Shown: in pieces, positions 37,898-47,125 of the stretch
How the letters are laid out: every line of letters begins with the position of its first letter
How positions within the stretch are numbered: position 1 is the stretch's first letter
IMG/VR virus record: IMGVR_UViG_3300024259_002152
Coordinates: 248,001-312,000 of that record
Direction: 5' to 3' (one strand)
DNA length: 64,000 nt
Position numbers and translations under genes: made by a program
Notes under the pieces: model-generated
Seen by the model: the letters and a program-made list of their open reading frames with translations, nothing else
Told to the model about the DNA's origin: nothing
Databases searched by the model: none

Positions 37898-38197
37898 GAA
37901 GTTAGAATTGGTAGAAGAGTATATAATGTTGAGTTTCCTACCGAGGCCCAAAAGCCCAAATACGGGGCAAGGAAACGGACTATGGCCCTGGTAAAAACGC
38001 ATTGCGTAATCACAAGCAGCACAAACATGAGTATGGTTAGAGCATCAGCTAGCCAGAATTACCGCGACGAATTGAACTGGCAAACAGGTCGTAAATTTGC
38101 TCTGAAACGAGCTTTGGCCAAAGCAAGAATCAAAAAGGAATCCCGTACTGTTTTTTGGAATAGATTTAAGGAAGAATACCCTATTAAGGGTAAGTGA
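37895..38197 (+). CDS. hypothetical basic protein
   Basis: GRKFALKRAL; GGAG RBS. Confidence 0.75.
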   Translation: MEVRIGRRVYNVEFPTEAQKPKYGARKRTMALVKTHCVITSSTNMSMVRASASQNYRDELNWQTGRKFALKRALAKARIKKESRTVFWNRFKEEYPIKGK

Positions 38198-38224
38198 AGA
38201 ACATATAACAAATTAATATACAAC

Positions 38225-38256
38225 AAGGATGTAAGTGTTTAACTTGCATCCTTTTT
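38225..38256 (+). terminator. intrinsic terminator
   Basis: AAGGATGTAAGT...ACTTGCATCCTT + T run. Confidence 0.7.
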
Positions 38257-38280
38257 GTCCATAAAAAAAAGGGGGTTGAA

Positions 38281-39492
38281 ATGGAACATATGATGAAAGA
38301 GTTATTAAATATTGGAATAGAACATCCTGCTCGTGTAATGGAATTTACCGAGTTGACTCAAGGATTGTTCGCGGAAGTTGCTGATGGTAATGTAAGCGTT
38401 ACTTATCATCCAGAATTTCCACATCTTGCTCTGTTTAAATATACTCAAGATTGCGTTACGGAGAGAAAATGGAACAAATTTTCTCTTATGGCTAGAGGTC
38501 TAATATTAGATCTTCAAGATAAAAAAGTTGTTGCAGTTAGTTTTACAAAATTTTTCAACTACGGAGAAATTGAAGAAGGCTCTCGATCTATCATAGAGCC
38601 AGATTTTCTTGTTACAGAGAAAATGGACGGCTCATTAGGCATAATGTACTTTTTTGCTGATCAATTCAGGTTCGCGACAGCAGGTTCATTTATATCGGAA
38701 CAGGCTCAATGGGCAGATCAATGGGCAAAGGAGCATATAGCCATTGATAAATTAGATAAGACAAGCACTTATCTGTTTGAAATAATTTATCATGAGAATA
38801 AAATTGTGGTTCATTACAATTTTGAAGGACTGGTTTTATTAAGCATATTTAATTCTTATGGATTAGAGTGTAATTATGAGCAAATTAAGTGGGAAGCGTC
38901 ATATATGGGAACTCGGTATGTGAAGCAATATAACTTTGAAGATATGGAAACCATAGTCAATACTGCTAAAACTTTAGATAGCAATAATGAGGGTTATGTC
39001 ATACGCTTCAAAAGCGGAATACGTTTAAAAATTAAAGGCGATGAGTATGTCCGCGTGCATAGACTAATTTCTCAAGTCACACCTCTTGCTATATGGGAAT
39101 CTATGGTTAATGGTGACGACTTAGAAGGGATAAAAAAAGATTTGCCAGAAGAGATGGAAAAAGACTTTGATACTATAAGAGCAATTTTTAATGCAAAATT
39201 AGAAGCTTTTATAAAAGAGGTAGAAAGTCTTTGTGAGCGAACTAAATCTATGTCAGATAAGGAATTAGGCATATATATGCAACAGGGTCTTGTGGCATTC
39301 GGAAACACAGTTTTTAAAGATTCTTTTAAATTTATTTTCCATATGAGAAAGAATAAATTCTATGAATCTCTTAACGATGTGCCATCGTATGGTCGTAGAA
39401 GAATTTTTGCTGCATTTAGACCAAAAGCTAATATATTGGAAGGATATAAGCCTTCGTCAGTAGTTAATAGATTCGCCAATATGGACAACTAA
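38281..39492 (+). CDS. T4 Rnl1-like RNA ligase
   Basis: ARGLI, KFFN, TEKMDGS, FEII, EGYV, LKIK..EY. Confidence 0.9.
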   Translation: MEHMMKELLNIGIEHPARVMEFTELTQGLFAEVADGNVSVTYHPEFPHLALFKYTQDCVTERKWNKFSLMARGLILDLQDKKVVAVSFTKFFNYGEIEEGSRSIIEPDFLVTEKMDGSLGIMYFFADQFRFATAGSFISEQAQWADQWAKEHIAIDKLDKTSTYLFEIIYHENKIVVHYNFEGLVLLSIFNSYGLECNYEQIKWEASYMGTRYVKQYNFEDMETIVNTAKTLDSNNEGYVIRFKSGIRLKIKGDEYVRVHRLISQVTPLAIWESMVNGDDLEGIKKDLPEEMEKDFDTIRAIFNAKLEAFIKEVESLCERTKSMSDKELGIYMQQGLVAFGNTVFKDSFKFIFHMRKNKFYESLNDVPSYGRRRIFAAFRPKANILEGYKPSSVVNRFANMDN

Positions 39493-39545
39493 CTAAATCA
39501 CTTTCCAAAAAACTGATTTGTAAGTGAAAGTGATTTAGTTATAAT
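39490..39545 (+). promoter_or_regulatory. GTGAAA-class promoter embedded in 16-bp inverted repeat
   Basis: TAACTAAATCACTTTC / GAAAGTGATTTAGTTA; TTGTAA-N16-TATAAT. Confidence 0.65.
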
Positions 39546-39582
39546 TCACCTAGTAATATTAGTTGTTTATTTAGGTGTATTT

Positions 39583-40017
39583 ATGAAAAGTGAATATGGG
39601 TGCTATGTTTTAATGTTGTCGTATATTGATGAAAATTGGATGGATATAGGAGGTAATATTTATCCAACAGAAGGTTTTATAGTAGCTAAAAATTTTACGA
39701 GAGATATTGATGTCAGATTTGGATTGAATGGAATTCTATGGGGTAAAACTTGCTATTTTCCATATGAAAAAATAGATAAGGGACACTGGGCAGTAGTAAA
39801 AATAGAATTAACTGAAGATTTAATACAAACTGATTATCGTTATAATCGTTATAAATTTTCTAATGGATTTGTAGTTTATACTGGTAGTCTGAGGTTTGCT
39901 GCTGATTACATCCTTGAACATAAAAATGATTCTGATTTTGGAGAAGAAGGAGGATGGTTGCAGCCAGAAGAGATAGCAGGATCTCAACAATGGATGCAAG
40001 ACCATGCTCTTGTATAA
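39583..40017 (+). CDS. hypothetical protein
   Basis: ORF downstream of promoter. Confidence 0.7.
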   Translation: MKSEYGCYVLMLSYIDENWMDIGGNIYPTEGFIVAKNFTRDIDVRFGLNGILWGKTCYFPYEKIDKGHWAVVKIELTEDLIQTDYRYNRYKFSNGFVVYTGSLRFAADYILEHKNDSDFGEEGGWLQPEEIAGSQQWMQDHALV

Positions 40018-40058
40018 GAATAAGTTTAATATTTAATTAAGAAAAATAGGGAAGCATT

Positions 40059-40847
40059 ATGATAGGTTCCATAATAGGCGATGTAATTGGTTCTCCTTAT
40101 GAGGGGAGAAGGATGAATTTCTTTGATTATGATTTCCCTCTCTTTAATGAAAGATCTACATTTACAGATGATACTATACTAACTGTTGCTACAGCTAAAG
40201 CTATACTTGAAGATATTCCTTACAAAGATGTTTATCTTGAGTTTGGTAGAAAGTATAAACGTAAGGGTTATGGTGGAGCTTTTGAAGCATGGTTATGTTC
40301 TGATGATCCTCAACCTTATGATAGTTGGGGAAATGGTTCTGCTATGAGGGTGGGCCCTATAGGTTTTTATTTTGACGAAGATGATGAAATCTTAAAAGAA
40401 GCAAAAGCAAGTTCAGAAGTAACTCATAATCATCCACATGGAATAGACGGTGCTCAAGCAATAGCTTTAGCTATTCATCATGCTAAAATAGGAGACAGCA
40501 AAGAACAGATAAAAAAAATTGTTTTTGCTGTGACTGGTTATTATGATTTGAATAAAACTGTAGATGATTATAGAAAGAATTATAAGTTTGATACTAGTTG
40601 TAAAGTAACTGTTCCCCAAGCATTAACTGCCTTCTTTGAATCTGATAGTTTTGAAGATTGTATTAGAAAGGCAGTTTTAATGGGGGGAGATACAGATACG
40701 CTGGCGTGTATAGCAGGGTCAGTAGCAGAAGCATATTATAAGATTATTCCTAATAATATTAGCATGAAAGCTTTAGAAAAACTACCTGTAGAATTTTCAA
40801 TTATAATAAATCGTTTTTATAGGGAAGTTTTAGAAGGAAATATATGA
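40059..40847 (+). CDS. ADP-ribosylglycohydrolase (DraG/ARH family)
   Basis: GD..GS.YE, FTDDT, GNGSAMR, VTHNH, GGDTDT. Confidence 0.92.
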   Translation: MIGSIIGDVIGSPYEGRRMNFFDYDFPLFNERSTFTDDTILTVATAKAILEDIPYKDVYLEFGRKYKRKGYGGAFEAWLCSDDPQPYDSWGNGSAMRVGPIGFYFDEDDEILKEAKASSEVTHNHPHGIDGAQAIALAIHHAKIGDSKEQIKKIVFAVTGYYDLNKTVDDYRKNYKFDTSCKVTVPQALTAFFESDSFEDCIRKAVLMGGDTDTLACIAGSVAEAYYKIIPNNISMKALEKLPVEFSIIINRFYREVLEGNI

Positions 40848-41539
40848 TGCTGATTACTGTCATTGCAGATATGCATGGAAATTTGAAGTTTAAAGTTCCA
40901 GAAACGGATTTGCTTTTGATAGCGGGAGATATATGTCCAGCTTCTCATGATCGTTATATATCTATTGGTATGCAAAGAACATGGTTGGAAAACAAATTTA
41001 AAAAATGGATTTATGAACAACCTGTTGATCATGCTATTGCTATAGCTGGAAACCATTGTTGGATATGGGAATGTGCTGAAAGTGAAGTTCCTATATGGTT
41101 TCCTAAAAATTGTGTCGATAAAGAAATGGTGGAGGATAATAAGATTGAATATATAGAGGACTTTTTAGTTTTCTATAAGGATTTAAAAATATATGGGACT
41201 CCTGTTCAGCTTTCTTTTAATAATTGGGCTTTTAATCGGGAAGAAGAATCACTACAAAAGTATTGGGATAATATCCCTGAAGGACTAGATATACTTCTTC
41301 TACATAGTCCTCCATATGGAATATTAGACCAAACTCATCATCCTAAATATCCTTCTAAGCGTATAGGTAGTAAAAGTTTGTTAAAAAGAATAAAACAGGT
41401 TAAACCTAAACTGGTAGTTTTTGGTCATAATCATGGAGACCATGGGGTGGTTGAAGAAGATGGTATTAAGTATATTAATGCTTCTTTAATTGACGAGCAT
41501 TATAAAATGGTAAGAAAACCGATTGTTATAGAAATATAA
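40844..41539 (+). CDS. calcineurin-like metallophosphoesterase
   Basis: D.HG, AGD, GNH, HSPP, FGHNH. Confidence 0.9.
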   Translation: MMLITVIADMHGNLKFKVPETDLLLIAGDICPASHDRYISIGMQRTWLENKFKKWIYEQPVDHAIAIAGNHCWIWECAESEVPIWFPKNCVDKEMVEDNKIEYIEDFLVFYKDLKIYGTPVQLSFNNWAFNREEESLQKYWDNIPEGLDILLLHSPPYGILDQTHHPKYPSKRIGSKSLLKRIKQVKPKLVVFGHNHGDHGVVEEDGIKYINASLIDEHYKMVRKPIVIEI

Positions 41540-41620
41540 CACTTAAAGGATATTTATAGGTATTTTAAGAATTATAATAATTATAGATATTTGATTTTAC
41601 TAGGATTATAAAAAAGACAA

Positions 41621-44401
41621 ATGAGAATAGCTGATATATACCAGACTGTAGCTGATAATATAAATAGCGCTCAGGATAGAGGTGGGGATATAGTGTCTTA
41701 TGTTGATCAGATGATGACAGACATTAATGATTCTGAGATACCTACTAATGACACAAACAAGAAAACACTAGAAAGTCAAATTAATGCGACTTCCCACCTT
41801 CTCATTTTAAAGAATAATACCTATACTGTTGAAGTGCTAAATTTTGTCCGAGAGTTACAAAAATATGTAACGGAAGAGTATGGTTCAATAAATACTTTTT
41901 TAAGAGATCATGGCATACTAGTGGGAGTTACTTTTGCTGATATATCTAAAACTGTAGGATATCCAATCGATGCAGATAATATCGTTGTAGATTATGGGTG
42001 CGATTTTTATGTGTCTAATAGTGGTAATGATTCAAATGATGGACGCACTGCGGCAACCGCATGGGCTACTCTTGATAAAGTTAGTAGCGTTCTTACTGAT
42101 GCTACATTGAGTGTGGATAATGCAATTAGTGCTGGTGATATTGTTGGTTTTCGTACAGATGATATTTTTGTTGGAACATTAGATACTTCTGAAGTTGACG
42201 GTAGTTCTGGAAATCCTATTACTTTTACTTCATATGGGACGGGAAATAAACCAGTAATTACTGGTAAGATTACTTTAGGAGATAATTGGGTTCATCATTC
42301 TGGTAATATTTGGAGATATGATGTTTCATCTTTGTCTGCCACTCATGTTAGATATTTATTGTTGGATGGTGTCGATCAAACAATGTCTCAATCAGAAGTG
42401 GGATATGCAGACAATGCGACATATAGTTCTTTCCAAGACTATAATTTAAGCTTTAATCCAAGCTTTAATCCTAGTGTAGATCCCGATTATAATCCTAGCG
42501 ATTATGACAGTATTTATGTGGGTGCTGAAGTATTGATGAGAACAACAATTTTTACATGGGATATACGAACTGTTACAGATTATGATCCTTATTCGGGGAC
42601 AATATGTTTTGCACCAACTGTAAGTTATATTCTGGGAACAACAGGATCTTCTAAGGGGGGTTATTTCTTTCAGAATTCTTTATATATTTTGGAACAAAAT
42701 GAGATTCAGGGGGAATGGGTAAATGAAGGTGATTATATTTATTATTATTCAATAACTGATCCTTATGATTTAGGAACCATTGAAGTAAGTTCAGTAGATA
42801 CTTTAATGGAAATTGAAAATTCAGAATATATAACTGTTAATAATCTAAAGTTTATGTATGCTAATGATTATGCCATATTAGGGGATGGAGCCAATTATAA
42901 AAATATAAATAATTGTCATTTTGAGCAATGTAACACTGGTATTTTTGAGGCAATCACAGGTTCATCAAATTCAATAATAGATAATAATATTTTTACAGAT
43001 ATGGGTAGCATTGCTATTCATCAACGTGATTCAGTTGATGTGACAATTACAAATAATACTATTACTAATATCGGTTTGACAATTGGCAGGATGGCTTATG
43101 TAGAAGATTCTAATACTTGGAATCCTAATATGTGGTATTCGGGTATACATTGTATAGATGCGTCAGGAGGATTGATTAAATATAATAATATTACAAATGT
43201 TGGTTATATAGGATTTAATTTCACCAGACCTACCGATCAAGTGCTTATACAATATAACTATATGAAAAATCCTTGTTTTTTACTCGTCGATGGTGGATCA
43301 TTTTATTCTTATAGTAATGCTCAACCTACTGTAACTTCAAATATTAATCAAATAACCTATAGAAATAATATTGCCGAGTATGATGATTATGATAATGTAG
43401 ATCGTTTGATTGGACTTGAAGGTTCTACTTATGAGGAAAGTTCTGCCGGAGTTGTTGGTCTATTTAAAGATGGATATCTAAGAGCTGCTAATTATTATGA
43501 TAATTTTGCATTTGGTTTTTTCTTTGCTATTAGAAGCAATGCTTCGATGTATTCTGTGTGGTCAGGAAATATTGGAGTAGATAAATATTACATTTCTGGA
43601 ACTGCTAGATCTTTTTATATGGCTGATGCGGCTTCAGTATTTTGGGTTAATAATATTTGTGAAAATAATGTTTTTGTTTCTAATTATGTAGGTAGTTCTA
43701 GAGTGGGTTTGGTATATGATGATCAATTAATTGCTGCTAGTGGCAATTCATTTGATTATAATAAGATGTTAAATCCATTTACTATACTTCCAGAACGTAT
43801 TTCTACTTTGCCAAGCTTCAACTATTTAACAATAGAAGAATGGAAAGCATATGATGCAGTAGGACCTCATGAAACTTCTAATGTATTTTTGTATTCTATA
43901 TCTGGACTATCTTCTGAGTCCGAATTTATCTGGTATGCTACTAATCCTACAAAATCAACAGTTAGTGTCAGTTTCCCTGCTGGCTATCGTTACTATACTG
44001 TTGATGGAGACGCAGTTACAAGTGATACCCTATCTTTATATGAAGGTAAGGTTTATTACAGGACTATAGATGAAGGAATGCCTCAGGCTAGTAGTGTTAC
44101 TATAAGTGAAAATATAAGCGCTAATCCTTCTAGCGGTGGAGTTTATGATGCTTCTTATGATTATAACCATGCCGAAGGGAATACTGAATCAGGTTCTACT
44201 TATCAGTGGTATCGTTCAATAGATGGGACTGTTGAAGCGAGAGTAACAATTTCAGGTGCGAATAGCTTATCATATGACACAACTAGTATGGATATCGATC
44301 AATATGTCTTATTTGGTGTGACACCAAAATCTGCTGCTGGAGCGGGAAGTTTAGTTACCGGAGTGGAAAGATTTAGCAATACCATGTCTGTAGTTTGGTA
44401 A
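41621..44401 (+). CDS. large protein with right-handed parallel beta-helix (pectin-lyase-like) repeats
   Basis: YVSNSGNDSNDG...AWATL.K, PITFTSYGTG.KP, repeated I.NN.I; C-terminal YQWYR Ig-like domain. Confidence 0.8.
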   Translation: MRIADIYQTVADNINSAQDRGGDIVSYVDQMMTDINDSEIPTNDTNKKTLESQINATSHLLILKNNTYTVEVLNFVRELQKYVTEEYGSINTFLRDHGILVGVTFADISKTVGYPIDADNIVVDYGCDFYVSNSGNDSNDGRTAATAWATLDKVSSVLTDATLSVDNAISAGDIVGFRTDDIFVGTLDTSEVDGSSGNPITFTSYGTGNKPVITGKITLGDNWVHHSGNIWRYDVSSLSATHVRYLLLDGVDQTMSQSEVGYADNATYSSFQDYNLSFNPSFNPSVDPDYNPSDYDSIYVGAEVLMRTTIFTWDIRTVTDYDPYSGTICFAPTVSYILGTTGSSKGGYFFQNSLYILEQNEIQGEWVNEGDYIYYYSITDPYDLGTIEVSSVDTLMEIENSEYITVNNLKFMYANDYAILGDGANYKNINNCHFEQCNTGIFEAITGSSNSIIDNNIFTDMGSIAIHQRDSVDVTITNNTITNIGLTIGRMAYVEDSNTWNPNMWYSGIHCIDASGGLIKYNNITNVGYIGFNFTRPTDQVLIQYNYMKNPCFLLVDGGSFYSYSNAQPTVTSNINQITYRNNIAEYDDYDNVDRLIGLEGSTYEESSAGVVGLFKDGYLRAANYYDNFAFGFFFAIRSNASMYSVWSGNIGVDKYYISGTARSFYMADAASVFWVNNICENNVFVSNYVGSSRVGLVYDDQLIAASGNSFDYNKMLNPFTILPERISTLPSFNYLTIEEWKAYDAVGPHETSNVFLYSISGLSSESEFIWYATNPTKSTVSVSFPAGYRYYTVDGDAVTSDTLSLYEGKVYYRTIDEGMPQASSVTISENISANPSSGGVYDASYDYNHAEGNTESGSTYQWYRSIDGTVEARVTISGANSLSYDTTSMDIDQYVLFGVTPKSAAGAGSLVTGVERFSNTMSVVW

Positions 44402-44438
44402 TTTGTATTTAAGAAAGCGTAAACTATCTATTAATATT

Positions 44439-44999
44439 ATGGAATACAGAGAAAAAATAAAAAGAGAAAAACAAATGATAGATAGTTGGGAAGAGATGGA
44501 AACCAGCAAACAACAACTGTCCCAACTTTTACTCAATCAAAGACAATTAGGTCCACAAGATTTTATTCTTTTTTTTCAGTGTATGATCTTGGTTGTAGAA
44601 AATGTGGAAATACATAAAGAAGAGATAGAAGATTCTCCAGATAGATTAGAAGTAGAGAATACAGATGAAAAATTTTATAATATTTTTGGTCCTTTATCAG
44701 AGAATGTGGAGAAACTTTGCGGTAAAGAAATAATTGGAGAGATAGAATATTTTCTTATGTCAATGGACGATTCTAAGACTATAAACGAAAGATTCGATGC
44801 TATTGAGAAAATAAGGATGTCGGCATGGAAGAATATGTCTAATAAAAAAGATGAGATTGTAGAGTTGTTAGAAAGATATCCCAAGGATATATGTGCTGAT
44901 GATTTTATGCTTATTTTTAAATGTATCTCTATGATATTACTAGAGTTAGATATGAAAAACCAAGAGAGGCAAATGCTGAAAAAGCTCAAATTTGAGTAA
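44439..44999 (+). CDS. hypothetical helical protein
   Basis: Internal duplicated DF.L.F.C segment. Confidence 0.65.
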   Translation: MEYREKIKREKQMIDSWEEMETSKQQLSQLLLNQRQLGPQDFILFFQCMILVVENVEIHKEEIEDSPDRLEVENTDEKFYNIFGPLSENVEKLCGKEIIGEIEYFLMSMDDSKTINERFDAIEKIRMSAWKNMSNKKDEIVELLERYPKDICADDFMLIFKCISMILLELDMKNQERQMLKKLKFE

Positions 45000-45042
45000 A
45001 ATTCCAGACAATGAATTTTTCAAACATATAGGTAGAAATGTG
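44998..45042 (+). repeat. TTCCAGACAA element copy 2
   Basis: Core TTCCAGACAATG at 45002, right after stop codon. Confidence 0.8.
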
Positions 45043-45069
45043 TCGTTATAACAATTATAGGAGTATAAG

Positions 45070-45480
45070 ATGTATAGAAAGATGTCTCGACGAGGGGAAA
45101 TTGATGGATTCTGGCTATTCATGATCTTGATTTTTGCCATAATTCCAGCTATAAAATATTTTGCAGGAGATGACAAAGTAGAAGAACCAGAAGGTGCAGC
45201 CCCTACGGTTAAAATAATTGACAATAAGGGCGTTATTCTATCTGTCAGAGATAATAGGACAACTGCTCCTATTAATAGTCAAGTTAAAATACCTCTCCCA
45301 AAAGATGCGGTATATACTATTAATAGAATTTCCCCAGATGATAAAGATCCAGAGATTTTGCCTGTTGTTTTTTCGACTGGATATCTTATAACTTCTTTCG
45401 ATAAGAGGGGAACATGGGAAATAAATATGTATGATGAGAATGATTTGTTAGTTGAGTGGATTAGAGTAACTGTTTATTAG
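45070..45480 (+). CDS. membrane-anchored hypothetical protein
   Basis: N-terminal TM; AGGAG RBS. Confidence 0.7.
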   Translation: MYRKMSRRGEIDGFWLFMILIFAIIPAIKYFAGDDKVEEPEGAAPTVKIIDNKGVILSVRDNRTTAPINSQVKIPLPKDAVYTINRISPDDKDPEILPVVFSTGYLITSFDKRGTWEINMYDENDLLVEWIRVTVY

Positions 45481-45488
45481 AAAGCAAA

Positions 45489-45986
45489 ATGATGTTAAAA
45501 AATAAAGCTGAAAAAGATATTAAAAAAATGTGGGCTTTAATCCAAAAGGATTCAGAAGCCTTAGGCTATTATTTATCAACAGGGAAGTTTATGGACGGAG
45601 TAAATGAACAAGATATTTTTATGATGATGGTGGTTTGTCTAAAAATTGTAGTGGGTGAGTTGTATGTCAATACCGAAAAATATGAGAAATATCCAGCAAA
45701 GCATTATACAGAAGATGAGTTTGTGAATATGGTGATCGATTCTATCGGAAAAAAATTGCCCGACAAAAATGATTTTGATGGGACTATCGCACATATAAAG
45801 AGTATAAAATCTCTTATGTGGGGTTACGCAAAATATAACTGTGAGAATTATCTTAAATTATATATGGCATTTAATCAGCATGATACAGGAAATTGTACTT
45901 TTGGTCATCTTAAGTCATGTGCTGCCATAGTCCTTGTGGAATGTATTTTAAGAAGAACTCAAAAAAATAGGAATATCTGTTTGTAG
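45489..45986 (+). CDS. hypothetical protein
   Basis: ORF in operon. Confidence 0.7.
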   Translation: MMLKNKAEKDIKKMWALIQKDSEALGYYLSTGKFMDGVNEQDIFMMMVVCLKIVVGELYVNTEKYEKYPAKHYTEDEFVNMVIDSIGKKLPDKNDFDGTIAHIKSIKSLMWGYAKYNCENYLKLYMAFNQHDTGNCTFGHLKSCAAIVLVECILRRTQKNRNICL

Positions 45987-46037
45987 AAGAGTACTGGTAA
46001 AAGTTATCAAAAACATAAAAAATCTTTGGAAAAACAC

Positions 46038-46433
46038 ATGAGTAAATTAAAAATTGGAATAGATATAGATAATACCATTGACGCGTCTAAAACAAGTGTT
46101 AATTTTTTCTCTTTGTTTACTAATGCTATAAGGCATGTTGCCCAAATTTATATTATCACCAACAGAGATCCTGGAGAAGATAGTAGGGCAGACACTATGT
46201 CGGAGCTAGATATGTTTGGTATTTATTATGATGAGTTGATTATAACTGCTGAAAAATCTCAACACATTCTGCAATTAGGTGTTGATGTTTATTTTGATGA
46301 TACGGATGAATATTTTCTAGATCTTCCTGAGTCCGTTGCTGTATTTAAAATCAGAGAGTTTGGTAATTTTGATTTTAAAGAACATAAATGGCTGTATGGA
46401 GATAAGACGGGTATCAATATTGACAAGAAATAA
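46038..46433 (+). CDS. HAD-superfamily protein
   Basis: IGIDIDNT, ITNR, K, YFDD. Confidence 0.75.
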   Translation: MSKLKIGIDIDNTIDASKTSVNFFSLFTNAIRHVAQIYIITNRDPGEDSRADTMSELDMFGIYYDELIITAEKSQHILQLGVDVYFDDTDEYFLDLPESVAVFKIREFGNFDFKEHKWLYGDKTGINIDKK

Positions 46434-46471
46434 ACAGAAGGAAAGTGGAGCGTTTTTCAGAATATAACTTT

Positions 46472-47050
46472 ATGAACTGGTATAAACGAGCAAATTTACA
46501 AACTACTCTTCCATATTTCCAAGAATTTGAAGATATGGGGGAGTATACTCCAAATGAAGAAAGTATCAATAAAGTTCTGGAGAACCAGTTTGGAGCCACC
46601 ATTGTCTCAGATATTGGGCAAGGAGATTCGGGAGTGGCTTATCTTCTATCTAATGGAGATATTTTAAAAATCACCACTAATACTCAAGAGGGTCAAGTAG
46701 CAGATTATCTATGGGAGCATCCTAATCCCAATGTGGTGGAGTATAAATTAGTTTGGAAAGAAGGGGACCTTTATTATATTGTGATGGATAATATCCAGAC
46801 TATGGCGAGTGATTATATTTCAGATGATTTTAATCATATTGCCGAAATTTTAGAGACAAATCAGTGCTATAAGCCCCAGTGTGCTTATTCCATCGTCCAA
46901 AATGATAATACTCTTGATGCTTCGATCAAGTATCAAATTTTATCATATTTATCCTCTTTGATGGAAATCCCAATTCCAATATTTGATTTTTTAAACGAAA
47001 ATAATGTTGGTATAAAAGATGGAAAACTCATATTCTTTGATATAACATAA
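46472..47050 (+). CDS. protein kinase-like fold protein
   Basis: IGQGDSGVAY, ILKIT...E, YIVMD, D....NVG, FFD. Confidence 0.7.
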   Translation: MNWYKRANLQTTLPYFQEFEDMGEYTPNEESINKVLENQFGATIVSDIGQGDSGVAYLLSNGDILKITTNTQEGQVADYLWEHPNPNVVEYKLVWKEGDLYYIVMDNIQTMASDYISDDFNHIAEILETNQCYKPQCAYSIVQNDNTLDASIKYQILSYLSSLMEIPIPIFDFLNENNVGIKDGKLIFFDIT

Positions 47051-47125
47051 TTGAAAAGTGATTATATTTCCTTTATTCTAATACTATCTGTATGAATGGA
47101 CGATATATTAGAAAAAGGATAATAT

